A stretch of DNA of 64,000 nucleotides. Origin: Candidatus Falkowbacteria bacterium. Lineage in GTDB: Bacteria; Patescibacteriota; Patescibacteriia; CAIXNZ01. The stretch spans positions 386,981 to 450,980 of the forward strand of contig CAVZGV010000003.1 in NCBI GenBank assembly GCA_963774955.1. Reading direction: 5' to 3'. The notes under the pieces were generated by a model. It worked only from the letters and a program-made list of their open reading frames with translations. It had not been told where the DNA came from and searched no databases. Positions 29,443-39,874 of this stretch are shown here, piece after piece. A program made the translations under genes and the position numbers. Position 1 is the first letter of the stretch. Each line of letters opens with the position of its first letter.

Positions 29443-30405
29443 ATGAAAAAACTATTACTTTTTTTTCTGCTGGTTATTTTTGTTTTTCCGACAACTGCCA
29501 AGGCAGCAATTAGCGATACTGTCCGGGGCATGATTTTGCTTCAGGTGGAGTCCAATGGTGAAGCCTGGTATGTTTATCCGGCTGATAATAATCGTTATTA
29601 TATGAAAGATGGACAGGTGGCGTATCAGATGATGCGTAATTTTGGACTGGGTATTACTGATACTGATTTGGCCAAAATACCGACCGTGGCCGATACTGCA
29701 GCTATGAAGAATTCAAGTAGTGTTTGTGCCGCAAATGCTTTAGCTAATAAACTCAAGGGTAAGATTTTACTGCAGGTACAGCAGCACGGTGAAGCCTGGT
29801 ATATATATCCGCAAACCTGCCGTCGAATTTATCTGAAAGACGGCGCTGCAGCTTATGAAATTATGCGTTTTCTAGGGCTGGGCATTACCAATCTTAATTT
29901 GGCTTTGGTACCGGTAGTGCCGGTGCCTTCAACTCAGTTTACCAGCTGTTTGGATTCGAAAAAATATCTGGATAAAGTCAACACTGATGTGGCTTTAGCT
30001 AAAAGTCTGGGGGTTGAAGCTACGCCGACCTCATTTTTAAATGACAATAAGTATCAGGGTGCTATGGATCAGACTACCTGGGAAAGCATTGTTAAATTAG
30101 CTGAGCAGACCAACCCCGGCCAGCCCATTGTCATCCAGACTTTCTCAGATTTTCAATGTCCTTATTGCAGTCGTCAGGCAGCGGTTTTTGATCAGTTGGC
30201 AGCCAAACATAGTAATGTTTCTCTTGATTTCCATCATTTCCCTTTATTTTTTCATGCCTTGGCTGAAACTGCGGCCTTGGCGGCTGAATGCGCCAGAGAA
30301 CAGGGTAAGTTCAAAGCCATGCACGATGCTTTATTTGTCCTGACAGATACCGGGAAAATGTCTTATAATAATATTCTCAAAGCTGCGGCTGAATTGGGAT
30401 TATAA
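29443..30405 (+). CDS. Secreted repeat protein fused to a circularly permuted DsbA/thioredoxin domain
   Basis: GEAWY repeats; GVEATPT cis-Pro loop lies before FSDFQCPYC. Confidence 0.8.
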   Translation: MKKLLLFFLLVIFVFPTTAKAAISDTVRGMILLQVESNGEAWYVYPADNNRYYMKDGQVAYQMMRNFGLGITDTDLAKIPTVADTAAMKNSSSVCAANALANKLKGKILLQVQQHGEAWYIYPQTCRRIYLKDGAAAYEIMRFLGLGITNLNLALVPVVPVPSTQFTSCLDSKKYLDKVNTDVALAKSLGVEATPTSFLNDNKYQGAMDQTTWESIVKLAEQTNPGQPIVIQTFSDFQCPYCSRQAAVFDQLAAKHSNVSLDFHHFPLFFHALAETAALAAECAREQGKFKAMHDALFVLTDTGKMSYNNILKAAAELGL

Positions 30406-30534
30406 ATAATTTTTCAGCAATAAATGTTTTATCAGCGCCCCCTGATCCCGCATTGCGGGGCTCGGGGCGTTTTGTTTAAAATAAAAAAACGGAGCCGGTT
30501 AAAGCTCCGTTGGTTTTGTTAATAAGAGTCAGTG

Positions 30535-30975
30535 TTAGTTAGAACGTCCGAAGCCTATTTGAATGACTTGGATACCGGATCTTTGATCCTGCATCCGTTC
30601 CGCAGCCTCGTCGTTGATGACCACGATCTGAAAGCCTTCACGGACACCCAGACTGCTTTCGTGCCTGTTGAGCCGATCTTCGAGCAGCTGCCAAAAAAGC
30701 GCGTGCAGGGTTTCAGCTTGCTTGCCGATCATTTTCACTCTGGCGCATTTGTCACTGGCTCTGTCTTCGATCGTGTCGTCACAAGCATCGCAAGTGGCTT
30801 GGCACTCGGCAATTTTTTGATGGGAAAGAGTAAAGACAGCTTTTTCCAGAGCCGTGCATTCGCCGATGACTTCTTCACTGTCTTCGTCGACAGCGGTTTC
30901 GGGATCAGTGAAATTTGCGCCGGTTAGCTGATCGTCGATTTCCTGAAAAATAGTTCCCTTGAAAGTTTCGTTCAT
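30535..30975 (-). CDS. Hypothetical protein, paralog of 31005..31466
   Basis: Shared GECTxLEKAVFTL and FWQL...REGFxIV; AGGAG RBS. Confidence 0.75.
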   Translation of the reverse strand: MNETFKGTIFQEIDDQLTGANFTDPETAVDEDSEEVIGECTALEKAVFTLSHQKIAECQATCDACDDTIEDRASDKCARVKMIGKQAETLHALFWQLLEDRLNRHESSLGVREGFQIVVINDEAAERMQDQRSGIQVIQIGFGRSN

Positions 30976-31004
30976 TCTTTTCTCCTTGTCTTGATTTTGT
31001 TGGT

Positions 31005-31466
31005 TTATTCCAGGTCCAAAAGCTTGGCCAGTCCGCTGCCGCCGAGACCAATGATTTGGATTCTCGAACCACGGTGGTGCAGCCGTTCAGCAGCCTGCTT
31101 GCTGAGTTCCACGATCCGGAAACCCTCGCGAATGCTCATTTCTGCATTGGGTTCATTCAGCCGGTCCATAATGAGCTGCCAGAACATCCGTCTCAGGACA
31201 TTGACCTGCGATTCGAGCTTGTTTTTACGTTCGTGCGCGGCCTGAGAGCCGTCCTTGCAGAGCTCGGACAGGGCCTGATGAATGGTAGCGATTTCCTTGG
31301 CCTTGTTGAGAAAAAGGGTGAAAACTGCCTTTTCCAGGTCAGTGCATTCGCCGAGAAGCAAATCGTCTGCTTCAGGCGGAGGAGCTGACTCCGTCTGGCT
31401 AAAATTACCACTGGTTACGATGGCATCGATTTCCTCAATCAATGTCCCTTGGTACGCTTCGTTCAT
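31005..31466 (-). CDS. Hypothetical protein, paralog of 30535..30975
   Basis: AGGAGG RBS; TTGACA promoter at ~31558. Confidence 0.75.
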   Translation of the reverse strand: MNEAYQGTLIEEIDAIVTSGNFSQTESAPPPEADDLLLGECTDLEKAVFTLFLNKAKEIATIHQALSELCKDGSQAAHERKNKLESQVNVLRRMFWQLIMDRLNEPNAEMSIREGFRIVELSKQAAERLHHRGSRIQIIGLGGSGLAKLLDLE

Positions 31467-31694
31467 TCTTTGCCTCCTTGTGTCTGTTGGTTTAAAGTCC
31501 AGAACTTCAATTTCCTTCAATAATGTAGTAATTTAGCAGAATTGAAATGAATTGTCAAGCGGTGATTTGCTTCGTTGTCCCTCCTTTTTCTAGCTTGATT
31601 TTTCGTGGTAAAAATTGTAAAATTAAATCAGAATATAGACAAATATAACAGTGTAAATAATAAATTCTAAACGGTTTAAGCTGGATTTATTTAT

Positions 31695-34600
31695 ATGAAA
31701 AAATCATTTGAACAAATGAAAGCCCAGACTAAAGCAGTTGAATTGCATCAGAAACTTAAGGGCAGAGAGGGAGCTCTCGGAAATTTTGGTTATCAAGAAC
31801 TTAATTATAAGGAAATAATTCAGGCTTTAAGCGGACCCCAGCCGGGTGAACATTGGCTTTTTTATAAAAAATATCTTGAGGACCTCAGGGCCATGCGCCG
31901 GGAAGAAAGAAAAAAATACCGTCAGGCTGGTAAAAGTTTTAAAGAGCCGACCATCGATGCTCTGGCGGAAAAGCTGAGTTTTGGCAGTCTGAGGCTGAAA
32001 CAACTGGAAAGGCTGCAGCAAGATAATGGCCTGGGGCAAGTGACCAGAATTTTTACTGATGAACAGGTTCTTGAAGCTAGTAAAGATCAGGCGGCTTTTA
32101 AACGGACTATAGATGATGTCCTGGCTAAGCGACCAGAGACGATTTTTAAAATTTTAACTAATTTGCCTAATTTGATCCCGGTAGAACAGGCCAAGCAGTT
32201 AGTACTTAAGGAGATCAAAGATTCGTCACACGTTGGTTTGGGGGAATTGGATGCCTGTGTTGGAATTTTTTCACCCGGTGAAGTCAGGCAAATCATCACT
32301 GAAGCTATTACAGATAAAAAGCTCGATCCTTTTTCATTGTTTTCTTATAAAGATTATAAAAAATATTTGCCCAAAGATGAGGTCACGATCCTTTTGAAAA
32401 ATGATTTACTGACACAGGATTATGTTTATTTTTACGATTTTGAGAAATATATAGCTGACGGCTATCTGACTTTTGAGGATCAGACCGCTTATATTATGAC
32501 TAAGCTGAGTCAGACTGAAATTAATAATGATTTTATAAGCAAATTATCCGAGCAGAATATGGCTGAAATGGTTTATAATAAATTGGCAGCAGAAGACCTG
32601 CAAAAAATCGGCGGACTTTTAGTCAAATATTTTTCCGGTGATCCGGCCGGTTTGTATCATTTGCCTGCTTTTGTCAGAATGAATCTGACCAGTCATGAGC
32701 AGGCGGTTGATATTGTCAGACAGTGTATTAAAAATGAAAAATTTCCGCTCTGGAATCTGGATACGGCTTTAAAATTTTTAGCTGCTGATGAAATCCAGCC
32801 GCTGTTAGCTCGCGCCATTACTGCAAACCCCGATGAGATAATCAGAAATTTTCGCACTTACAGCAAATATATGACTGCAGAACAGGCGACCACGGCGATT
32901 ATGGAAGCGGTTTCGTCCCGGCCGACGGTAGTGGCCGAGAATTCGGATTTAATTAATGAGCATATCAAAGATCCGGATGTGCGCCAAAAATTGTTAAATC
33001 AGGTTATTGGCAGTATCAGTCCAAATGCATTTTGTCGGAACGCAGATGAGTTGTTTGAGGCTTTAAAAATTAGCGATGCCACTGAACAGAAAACCATGAT
33101 TACCAAAAAATTGTTTGAAGAGCCGAGCTTTGAATATTTAAGTAACAGTAAGATCGTCTCACGTTTCAGCCCCCAGGAAATTGAAGAGATTGTGGCTAAA
33201 CAGCTAGAGCTGGGGCTGGGCAATATGCTGGAAAATTTGGAAAGCGTCCGCCAGGTAGTCGGTGGGGATAAGGAGCTAAAAAAGATTATTCTGGACGGGG
33301 TAGACAAGGATCCTTCGGGATTTTTTACGGGTATTGAAAAAATTCAGTATCTTTTTTCGACTGCTGATTTTGAATTTCTGATCAAACGGGCGACCAAGAC
33401 CCCTCAGGGTATCCACAGCGGTATTTTTGGCTTTGATAAATGGGTACCGCTGGTCAATCCGGAATTTACGGCTGATTTTCTCAGAGAGAGCAGCCCGTAT
33501 TCAGTGGAGTTTTTGTTTTATCAGATCGGTAAATTTTGGAATTATCTGCCTGAAGCTGAGCGGCGTGATTTTTATCTGAAATTGATTGAATATCAGCCGC
33601 TGCTGGCGCTTGATAACGAAAAACAGCTGGCCACGAAATTGCCGGATATCAGCCGAAAAAAAATAATTGAAATTGCCTATCAAAGTGAAAATATGGCTTT
33701 TGCGCCCAAAAGTCTGGATGAAATTTTTCAGCAATTGGACAAAGAAACAGATGATGAAACCAGAATTAATCTGATCGGGCAGGGAGCTCATATTCATCTG
33801 GCCATCAGTCAGATTAAAAAAAATAATTTGAGCCAGAGTTATTTGAAATTATTAAATCAGGAAAGTCTGGGCGTCAAGCGTGAAGCTGAATTGCTGTCAA
33901 CGTTTGAGTGCCTGTCCATGCTGAAGGAAAACAATCCCAAACTGGGTGCGCAGCTGGATAAAATTGAAAATCAGGAGGCGGCTCAGAAAATAATTTTTAA
34001 AGAACTGGCAGCGCTGACAGGACTCAAGGAAAAAATTTCCGACCAGCAGATTGTAAGTTTTTCCCGGGCCATGGAATCGCCGGTGCCCTTTACTATTTAT
34101 TTTTTGCAATACAAAGATTCACCTGAACATGCACAGATTCTGAAGGAAATTTTCCTGTCACTTTTAGACGGAAATTTTAGCGACTGGAAATACGGTGAAC
34201 TGGAAGTCCAAAAAGCCCATAATTATCTGCCGCATAATTTGACGCCGGAGCAATACCAGGCCTGGCAGCAGGATGACAGTCTGACTTTGTTTGAAAGTCT
34301 GGCTTTGAGCACTCATGAAGCGGCTGTGGCTATCCGACAGGAAATAGTCAATAATGCCTTTCATTTTAAGATTGAAGGCTTGGAAGATCAGGAATTGGCT
34401 GTAGATCTGTTGCCCGACATTGCCAAGGAAGCTGTCGTTATCGGCCAGGAACTGGCCAAAACCAATAAGGCGATTGCGGAACTGAAAAAGAGCGGTCAGG
34501 CTGAGTCGGACCAGATGAAAGAACTCCTGGTTTCCCGCGACCAGCTGCAGGCCAATCGTCAGATGCTTTTGACTATCCGCAGTCTAGTCCGTCTGGCCAA

Positions 34601-35327
34601 TCTCAACCCAGAGGAAGTCGCCAGCGGTTATCTGCTTGAGGGTAAAGACAAGAAGAAAAAAGGTGAGACTTTAAAACAGGTGCTTACCGGGATTCGCCGC
34701 GGCACAGCAGCGGAGGGCGCTTTTGTTTTAGATAATATTGAAAGGAAATTAGCCGGATTTCGAAGTCAGAACCAGTCTAAACAAAATTTAATCTGTACTG
34801 ATTCGGGCACGGCCGAAGATTTTCTGCTGGTCGGTGCCAGACCGGTCAATTCCTGCCAGCATTATGCCGATGGCGGTTATAATGATTGCCTGCTGGGTTA
34901 TAGCGGACCGGAAGTCAAGATTCTGATGCTTAAAAATGAAAAGGACAAGCCGGTGGCCCGGGCTATTTTCCGGATACTAAGCGATGAGAAAGGCAATCCC
35001 TGTCTGCATGTGGAACATATTTATTCAGCCTCTATGAACAGCGGAGTTTACCGTTCAATTTACAGCCAGGCTCTGAAAAAAGCCGAAGCTCTGGGTATCC
35101 CGCTTTTTGTCAGCGCCGTTGATGTTGAAGAAATGACTGAAGGCAAGGATAATCAGCTGGCTAAAGCTTTTAATTTCAGGTCCAGTGACACGGTTTTATA
35201 CTCGCAGATCATTCGTGCGCCCAAAATTTATGTTGATTCAGCCGGTGGCGCCAAATCATTCGGCAAGTATCAGCTGTCAAGGCTGCGACAGGTTGAAAAA
35301 ATTGAGGCCGAAGAGCCAAAATCATAA
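31695..35327 (+). CDS. Large alpha-helical-repeat protein with a C-terminal globular domain
   Basis: 1210-aa ORF; helical repeats; SCQHY...CLLGY...VARAIFR...EHIYS C-terminal domain. Confidence 0.8.
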   Translation: MKKSFEQMKAQTKAVELHQKLKGREGALGNFGYQELNYKEIIQALSGPQPGEHWLFYKKYLEDLRAMRREERKKYRQAGKSFKEPTIDALAEKLSFGSLRLKQLERLQQDNGLGQVTRIFTDEQVLEASKDQAAFKRTIDDVLAKRPETIFKILTNLPNLIPVEQAKQLVLKEIKDSSHVGLGELDACVGIFSPGEVRQIITEAITDKKLDPFSLFSYKDYKKYLPKDEVTILLKNDLLTQDYVYFYDFEKYIADGYLTFEDQTAYIMTKLSQTEINNDFISKLSEQNMAEMVYNKLAAEDLQKIGGLLVKYFSGDPAGLYHLPAFVRMNLTSHEQAVDIVRQCIKNEKFPLWNLDTALKFLAADEIQPLLARAITANPDEIIRNFRTYSKYMTAEQATTAIMEAVSSRPTVVAENSDLINEHIKDPDVRQKLLNQVIGSISPNAFCRNADELFEALKISDATEQKTMITKKLFEEPSFEYLSNSKIVSRFSPQEIEEIVAKQLELGLGNMLENLESVRQVVGGDKELKKIILDGVDKDPSGFFTGIEKIQYLFSTADFEFLIKRATKTPQGIHSGIFGFDKWVPLVNPEFTADFLRESSPYSVEFLFYQIGKFWNYLPEAERRDFYLKLIEYQPLLALDNEKQLATKLPDISRKKIIEIAYQSENMAFAPKSLDEIFQQLDKETDDETRINLIGQGAHIHLAISQIKKNNLSQSYLKLLNQESLGVKREAELLSTFECLSMLKENNPKLGAQLDKIENQEAAQKIIFKELAALTGLKEKISDQQIVSFSRAMESPVPFTIYFLQYKDSPEHAQILKEIFLSLLDGNFSDWKYGELEVQKAHNYLPHNLTPEQYQAWQQDDSLTLFESLALSTHEAAVAIRQEIVNNAFHFKIEGLEDQELAVDLLPDIAKEAVVIGQELAKTNKAIAELKKSGQAESDQMKELLVSRDQLQANRQMLLTIRSLVRLANLNPEEVASGYLLEGKDKKKKGETLKQVLTGIRRGTAAEGAFVLDNIERKLAGFRSQNQSKQNLICTDSGTAEDFLLVGARPVNSCQHYADGGYNDCLLGYSGPEVKILMLKNEKDKPVARAIFRILSDEKGNPCLHVEHIYSASMNSGVYRSIYSQALKKAEALGIPLFVSAVDVEEMTEGKDNQLAKAFNFRSSDTVLYSQIIRAPKIYVDSAGGAKSFGKYQLSRLRQVEKIEAEEPKS

Positions 35328-35344
35328 TTCGATAATATAAAAAT

Positions 35345-36319
35345 ATGAAAGACCAAATTTTGCCGGAACAGGATCAGGCAAAAATAGCTGACTTGAAAAA
35401 ACAGCTGACCATAGTTGACGGCTGGATTTATTTTGTGATTACGATTTTTCTGGCTTTTATCTGTCTGATATTTTTAATAGATTCTTTCAGTGAAGACAAA
35501 GATTCTATGCTGATGAGTTTTGGATTTAATCAGGCGACCAGCGCCGCCATCTGGAACAATCTGCAGATTGTTGCGGTTTTATTCTTTTTTGTCAGCTTGC
35601 TAACAATCATTGGTTTATTCCAGCGTCATTTTTGGTTACGAAAGAAAATCGGGCTTAAAGGCGTGGATAATCTGACGGATTTATTAATGACTGATATGGT
35701 CAATGTAGCCAAAATTACCACTGGCGAGTCGCCCAATCTTAACGGCAAACCCCGCGTCTTTATCATTCACGGCTGGGGTGGTAAACCCGAAGAAGCCTGG
35801 TTTCCCTGGCTCAAGAAAAAGCTGGAAGCCAAAGGCATCAGCGTCTATGTGCCGGCCATGCCTGACACTGAACATCCGGCTATAGATAAATGGGTGCCGT
35901 ATTTAGCCGCCCAAGTCGGCTGGCCTGACACCAATACTTATTTAGTCGGTCATTCCATTGGCGTGCAGACAATTTTACGCTATTTACAGACACTTGATCG
36001 GCCGGTTGGCGGGGTAGTGGCCGTGGCCGGGTTTTTCACTTTAATCCCAGGATCTTTAGACGGTCCTGGAGAAGAAAAACAAGCCAAGCCCTGGCTGGAA
36101 ACTCCGATTGACACTGACAAAGTTAAGCAAAATACTAATAAAATAATCGCCATTTTTTCTGACACAGATAAGTTTGTGGGATTGGAAAACGTTGATTATT
36201 TTAAAAAACGACTGGGGGCTCAGACATTTGTCTTAAACAAAAAGGGACACATGGGTTCAAGTGACGGCATTCAAGAATTGCCGGAGATTTTGGAGGCAGT
36301 TGAGGAAATAATGAAATAA
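35345..36319 (+). CDS. RBBP9/YdeN-family alpha/beta hydrolase with an N-terminal 2-TM extension
   Basis: IIHGWGG, WFPWL, VGHSIG nucleophile elbow, D and GH catalytic residues. Confidence 0.85.
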   Translation: MKDQILPEQDQAKIADLKKQLTIVDGWIYFVITIFLAFICLIFLIDSFSEDKDSMLMSFGFNQATSAAIWNNLQIVAVLFFFVSLLTIIGLFQRHFWLRKKIGLKGVDNLTDLLMTDMVNVAKITTGESPNLNGKPRVFIIHGWGGKPEEAWFPWLKKKLEAKGISVYVPAMPDTEHPAIDKWVPYLAAQVGWPDTNTYLVGHSIGVQTILRYLQTLDRPVGGVVAVAGFFTLIPGSLDGPGEEKQAKPWLETPIDTDKVKQNTNKIIAIFSDTDKFVGLENVDYFKKRLGAQTFVLNKKGHMGSSDGIQELPEILEAVEEIMK

Positions 36320-36355
36320 TAAATTATATAATAAAAGATTTTGGCCGCCCGTTTA

Positions 36356-36383
36356 GTAGAGACGCATTGCAATGCGCCTCTAC
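36356..36383. repeat. GTAG-type REP palindrome
   Basis: GTAGAGACGCATTGCAATGCGCCTCTAC; same ends as the palindrome inside the RAYT gene. Confidence 0.75.
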
Positions 36384-36429
36384 CGTCCGCAACCCCATAA
36401 TTAATAGCCAAAATCATAGGTTCAAATAT

Positions 36430-37251
36430 ATGAAACAAATACTATTTTTCTTTGGAACCGTTTTATTCCTGGCCAGTTGCGCGAAGCAAGCGCCGGTTCA
36501 GGTTAATTCTAATCAGCCGGTCAGCCAGAATTGTGAACTCGGGGTAAGTTATGAAAATACAGCGGTCAAACATGTTGGTTGCCAGTGCCCGGAAAACTAT
36601 GAGTTTAAGACCCTGGATATGGGCTGGGGGCCGTGTCCTGAGCCGACAATGAGTGATTGTGCGGCCTCGACTTTAATCTGTGTGAAAAAAGTCGGTACTT
36701 ATCCGCCGATTACAGCTAAAGATTTAACTGATTTATTGGCAGCCGGGGCTGAACTTAATGACACTGATTTGCCGGCTGTTAATTTGCCGGCTGAAATTAA
36801 TTATTACCAGATCGACCGGAAATTTTTTAAACTTGGTGATATTTATCTGGCCTTGGTGAAACAACCATCAATGAATATTAATTTATCCGGGCTGCCTAAT
36901 AATTTTAGTGTCAGTTATGTCGGTCTGATTGCCACCAAAGCCGATCAACAGACCTGGACTGAACTCTTAAAGCTTGAGGACGAAAATCAGACTGACAAAA
37001 ACAATCCCTATTATCTATGGGTTAAAGATAGTAAAATATATTTAAGTGTGGTTGATCAAAACGGCGCTGGCAGCGGCGAAGGCCTGATGAAGGTTTTAAC
37101 TCTCAATGAGCAAAATCACTGGGTTTTGACAGGCTGTTATTATTTTTCTGATACTTTTAATGACGGCGATTATTATCAGCTCAGTCGAGAGCTTGATAAA
37201 TTTGCAGCCAAACCACTGACAGAATGCAGTAATTTACAGTGGCAGGAATAA
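36430..37251 (+). CDS. Lipoprotein
   Basis: LASC lipobox; Cys-rich N-terminal domain. Confidence 0.75.
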   Translation: MKQILFFFGTVLFLASCAKQAPVQVNSNQPVSQNCELGVSYENTAVKHVGCQCPENYEFKTLDMGWGPCPEPTMSDCAASTLICVKKVGTYPPITAKDLTDLLAAGAELNDTDLPAVNLPAEINYYQIDRKFFKLGDIYLALVKQPSMNINLSGLPNNFSVSYVGLIATKADQQTWTELLKLEDENQTDKNNPYYLWVKDSKIYLSVVDQNGAGSGEGLMKVLTLNEQNHWVLTGCYYFSDTFNDGDYYQLSRELDKFAAKPLTECSNLQWQE

Positions 37252-37261
37252 AGTGAATTTT

Positions 37262-37522
37262 ATGAAAAAACTTATTCTACTTATAGTCTTAATCTCGGTC
37301 TCGTCGACCCTAACAGCCTGTAATTCTTCGGCAGAATGTGTTAATGATTCTGATTGTAAAATTCTTTTTAGCAATTGTGGTTGCGAGGCCATGTCCGCCA
37401 GCGATCCCAGGACGAAATTGGAAGATGATGATAGAATCTGCGTTATTAATTCGTGCCAAGGGGCCAAGGCCATTTGTGATCAGGGGCGATGTCAGGCGGA
37501 TAAATTTTTAAATAGTAAATAA
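37262..37522 (+). CDS. Small Cys-rich lipoprotein
   Basis: LTAC lipobox; 8 further Cys. Confidence 0.75.
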   Translation: MKKLILLIVLISVSSTLTACNSSAECVNDSDCKILFSNCGCEAMSASDPRTKLEDDDRICVINSCQGAKAICDQGRCQADKFLNSK

Positions 37523-37540
37523 TTTTTTAACCAAAATTTT

Positions 37541-38089
37541 ATGTCTAATAAAATTAGATCCGCCTTTGGCGGGAAAAAACATTTTTTATTATTAATAATT
37601 TTCGCTTTACTTATATTAAGTGCTGGTTGTGGTGCGCCCACGACTGGGTCTAAAACTCCTGCTGTTCAGGTTGAGTTAACACCGGTTTCCAGTCCTAAAA
37701 CAGGCACAGTCACGTTTTTAGTCCCGACTGCTGATGCCTTAACATATTGTGACGGAGCAAAGATGGATAGTCAGGGTTTTAAAAAAACGATTACTAAGGA
37801 GGTGACTGAAAATCTTGAGGTCACAAATTTGTCAGCCACAGAATTAATAAATAAAACTATGGTTTTAGCGGCCCAAAAAGCTAATTTGACTTCAGTCACT
37901 GATTTGGATCAGGACTTTATCAGAATCAGTAATGGCACTGCCTATATTAAGCCGCTTGATGGCTGGGCAGGCGTCTCGATTTTTTTATGCGCCTGGAAAC
38001 CGTTAGTTGAGACTAATCTTTTATATTTAGCCGATATAACTAAGGTTGTCTGGTTGGATGATTATCAGCAATGGGAGGAATTAAAATAA
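37541..38089 (+). CDS. Lipoprotein with a hairpin-encoded N-terminal extension
   Basis: MSNKIRSAFGG-KK...SAGC. Confidence 0.75.
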   Translation: MSNKIRSAFGGKKHFLLLIIFALLILSAGCGAPTTGSKTPAVQVELTPVSSPKTGTVTFLVPTADALTYCDGAKMDSQGFKKTITKEVTENLEVTNLSATELINKTMVLAAQKANLTSVTDLDQDFIRISNGTAYIKPLDGWAGVSIFLCAWKPLVETNLLYLADITKVVWLDDYQQWEELK

Positions 38090-38132
38090 ATTTTATGTCT
38101 AATAACATTAGATCCGCCTTTGGCGGGAAAAA
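38081..38132 (+). repeat. 52-bp direct repeat, copy 1
   Basis: Identical to 39875-39926; near-identical to 37534-37578. Confidence 0.9.
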
Positions 38133-38355
38133 ATTATTAATCCCAAATCAAGAAAGTTACTCTGCGTTGTTGAAAAGATTTCCTTCTCAATTTCTTGCAT
38201 TTATTCCATATTTAATGAGAGAAATTATCTATAAAAAGAAAAGAACCCCGTAAGGACAAGCCTTAAAGGGCGCTTTTCGTAGTGATTATATTTATATAAT
38301 CTAGCAATTTATCAGCTTTGTCAGTAGTGTTATACACGTTACCAATCTTAAAAAT

Positions 38356-39867
38356 ATGTCAGAAATAAAACAATTTACTCCTGAAATCAGAGATGAAAAT
38401 AAAGGTCTTGATTCAAATGTGTTTTTTGATCAAAAAGAAGTATTAGAGAAACTGAATCTTGAAAAACTGCCGAAAATGCAGGAATTATATCAGGCTTATG
38501 GTTATGAACAGCCGGAAACTGAAATGGTGGAACAAGAAACTGTAAATTTGAAAACTAATATGGATCAAATTTTTCAGATTTCCCATCAGGCGGCTAGGTT
38601 TGCTTTCAAAGAAATTGCACCGCTGGAAAATATTGCTGAGACTACACCGTTAGGTGAGTTGGAAATGGGTATTAATGTTTATCGAGGGAGTGAGAGCGGT
38701 TTAAGAACTATCAGGTTTAATCTGAATAAAGCCGGGGCTAAAGATAGAGTCGCTAGTTTTTTTATTCAGCAAGACAGTGAAAATGAAAATAACTGGGATC
38801 TGGGGCATCGGTTGATTGAACCCCAGTATCGTAATCAGAATTTAGGTACTAAGATGCTTGAATTAGTAGAGTCAGGTGTTCAGCAAATGGCTGATTTGAA
38901 AAATGAAAATCAGGAGTTAAGTCTGGAAGCCAGTCAGATCGGTGTTATTCTTTTTGCTTTAAAAAACGGTTATCAACCGGCGGAGCCGGAAGACTTGGCG
39001 AGACTCAAAGAAGTTTTAAAAGGTGATAAAGATAAATATTTCCTTACTACTGGTAAAGGGTATCAGCGCGATGGCCGGCAGGTTCCTGGTTATATATATG
39101 AAAGACAAAAGATAACTGAAGCCGTCAAAGAAGCTGGTCAAGAGGTTAGTCCTCAGGAATTGGAAAAATTTAATCTGGATAATATTTTTTACGGTGATCC
39201 TGATGCTTATTTTAATAATTCTGTTAAAATAAAATTAGTCAAAAATTTTACTCCGATCGGTCCGCCTTGGTCGTTAGCAGGGGATGGTAAAACAATAGAA
39301 AAATATTCAGATTTCAATAGGAATGCTTACCTTGAAATGAAATATCCTGATAATCCGTTATTCAAACCTGAATTTTCCAAGGAGATTCCGAAAAATTTTG
39401 TCAGTGTCTATCGTTTAGTGCCGGAAGAAATGCTTAAACAGATCGGGCAGGAGGGGATTAAGGATATTAAAGAAGCCCAGAATCCTTATAGGCAAAAATA
39501 CGACCGGCTGATTGACAGTGTAGCTCCGGCTGGTTTTCACCGAGTAGGCGCAATTTATGCTTATCCTGAATTGAGCAGCCAGCCTGTTCTTGAAGGTGGA
39601 GATTTTATTTTGTTGGAAATAAAAATTGATCCTGATAAGGTCTTGGTTGCTGACGGGGAATGTGCTTTAAGTGTCGGCGATAAACTTTTTAGAAAATGGG
39701 ATGATTCAGCGCTTAAATCTGCGAAAGAATACTGGCAAAAAGCTAAGACTTTGACTGAATATAATAAACAAAGAGGTACTTATCAGTTTAATGCCCCGGA
39801 AATTATTATACCGTTTGATTTGGATGAAAAATATATTAGAGTGCATGATATGACTAATCAATCATAA
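38356..39867 (+). CDS. Putative GNAT + ADP-ribosyltransferase-like two-domain protein
   Basis: IEPQYRNQNLGTKML (GNAT motif A-like); VYR...AIYAY...PEIII (ART-like pattern). Confidence 0.5.
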   Translation: MSEIKQFTPEIRDENKGLDSNVFFDQKEVLEKLNLEKLPKMQELYQAYGYEQPETEMVEQETVNLKTNMDQIFQISHQAARFAFKEIAPLENIAETTPLGELEMGINVYRGSESGLRTIRFNLNKAGAKDRVASFFIQQDSENENNWDLGHRLIEPQYRNQNLGTKMLELVESGVQQMADLKNENQELSLEASQIGVILFALKNGYQPAEPEDLARLKEVLKGDKDKYFLTTGKGYQRDGRQVPGYIYERQKITEAVKEAGQEVSPQELEKFNLDNIFYGDPDAYFNNSVKIKLVKNFTPIGPPWSLAGDGKTIEKYSDFNRNAYLEMKYPDNPLFKPEFSKEIPKNFVSVYRLVPEEMLKQIGQEGIKDIKEAQNPYRQKYDRLIDSVAPAGFHRVGAIYAYPELSSQPVLEGGDFILLEIKIDPDKVLVADGECALSVGDKLFRKWDDSALKSAKEYWQKAKTLTEYNKQRGTYQFNAPEIIIPFDLDEKYIRVHDMTNQS

Positions 39868-39874
39868 CTAATTT

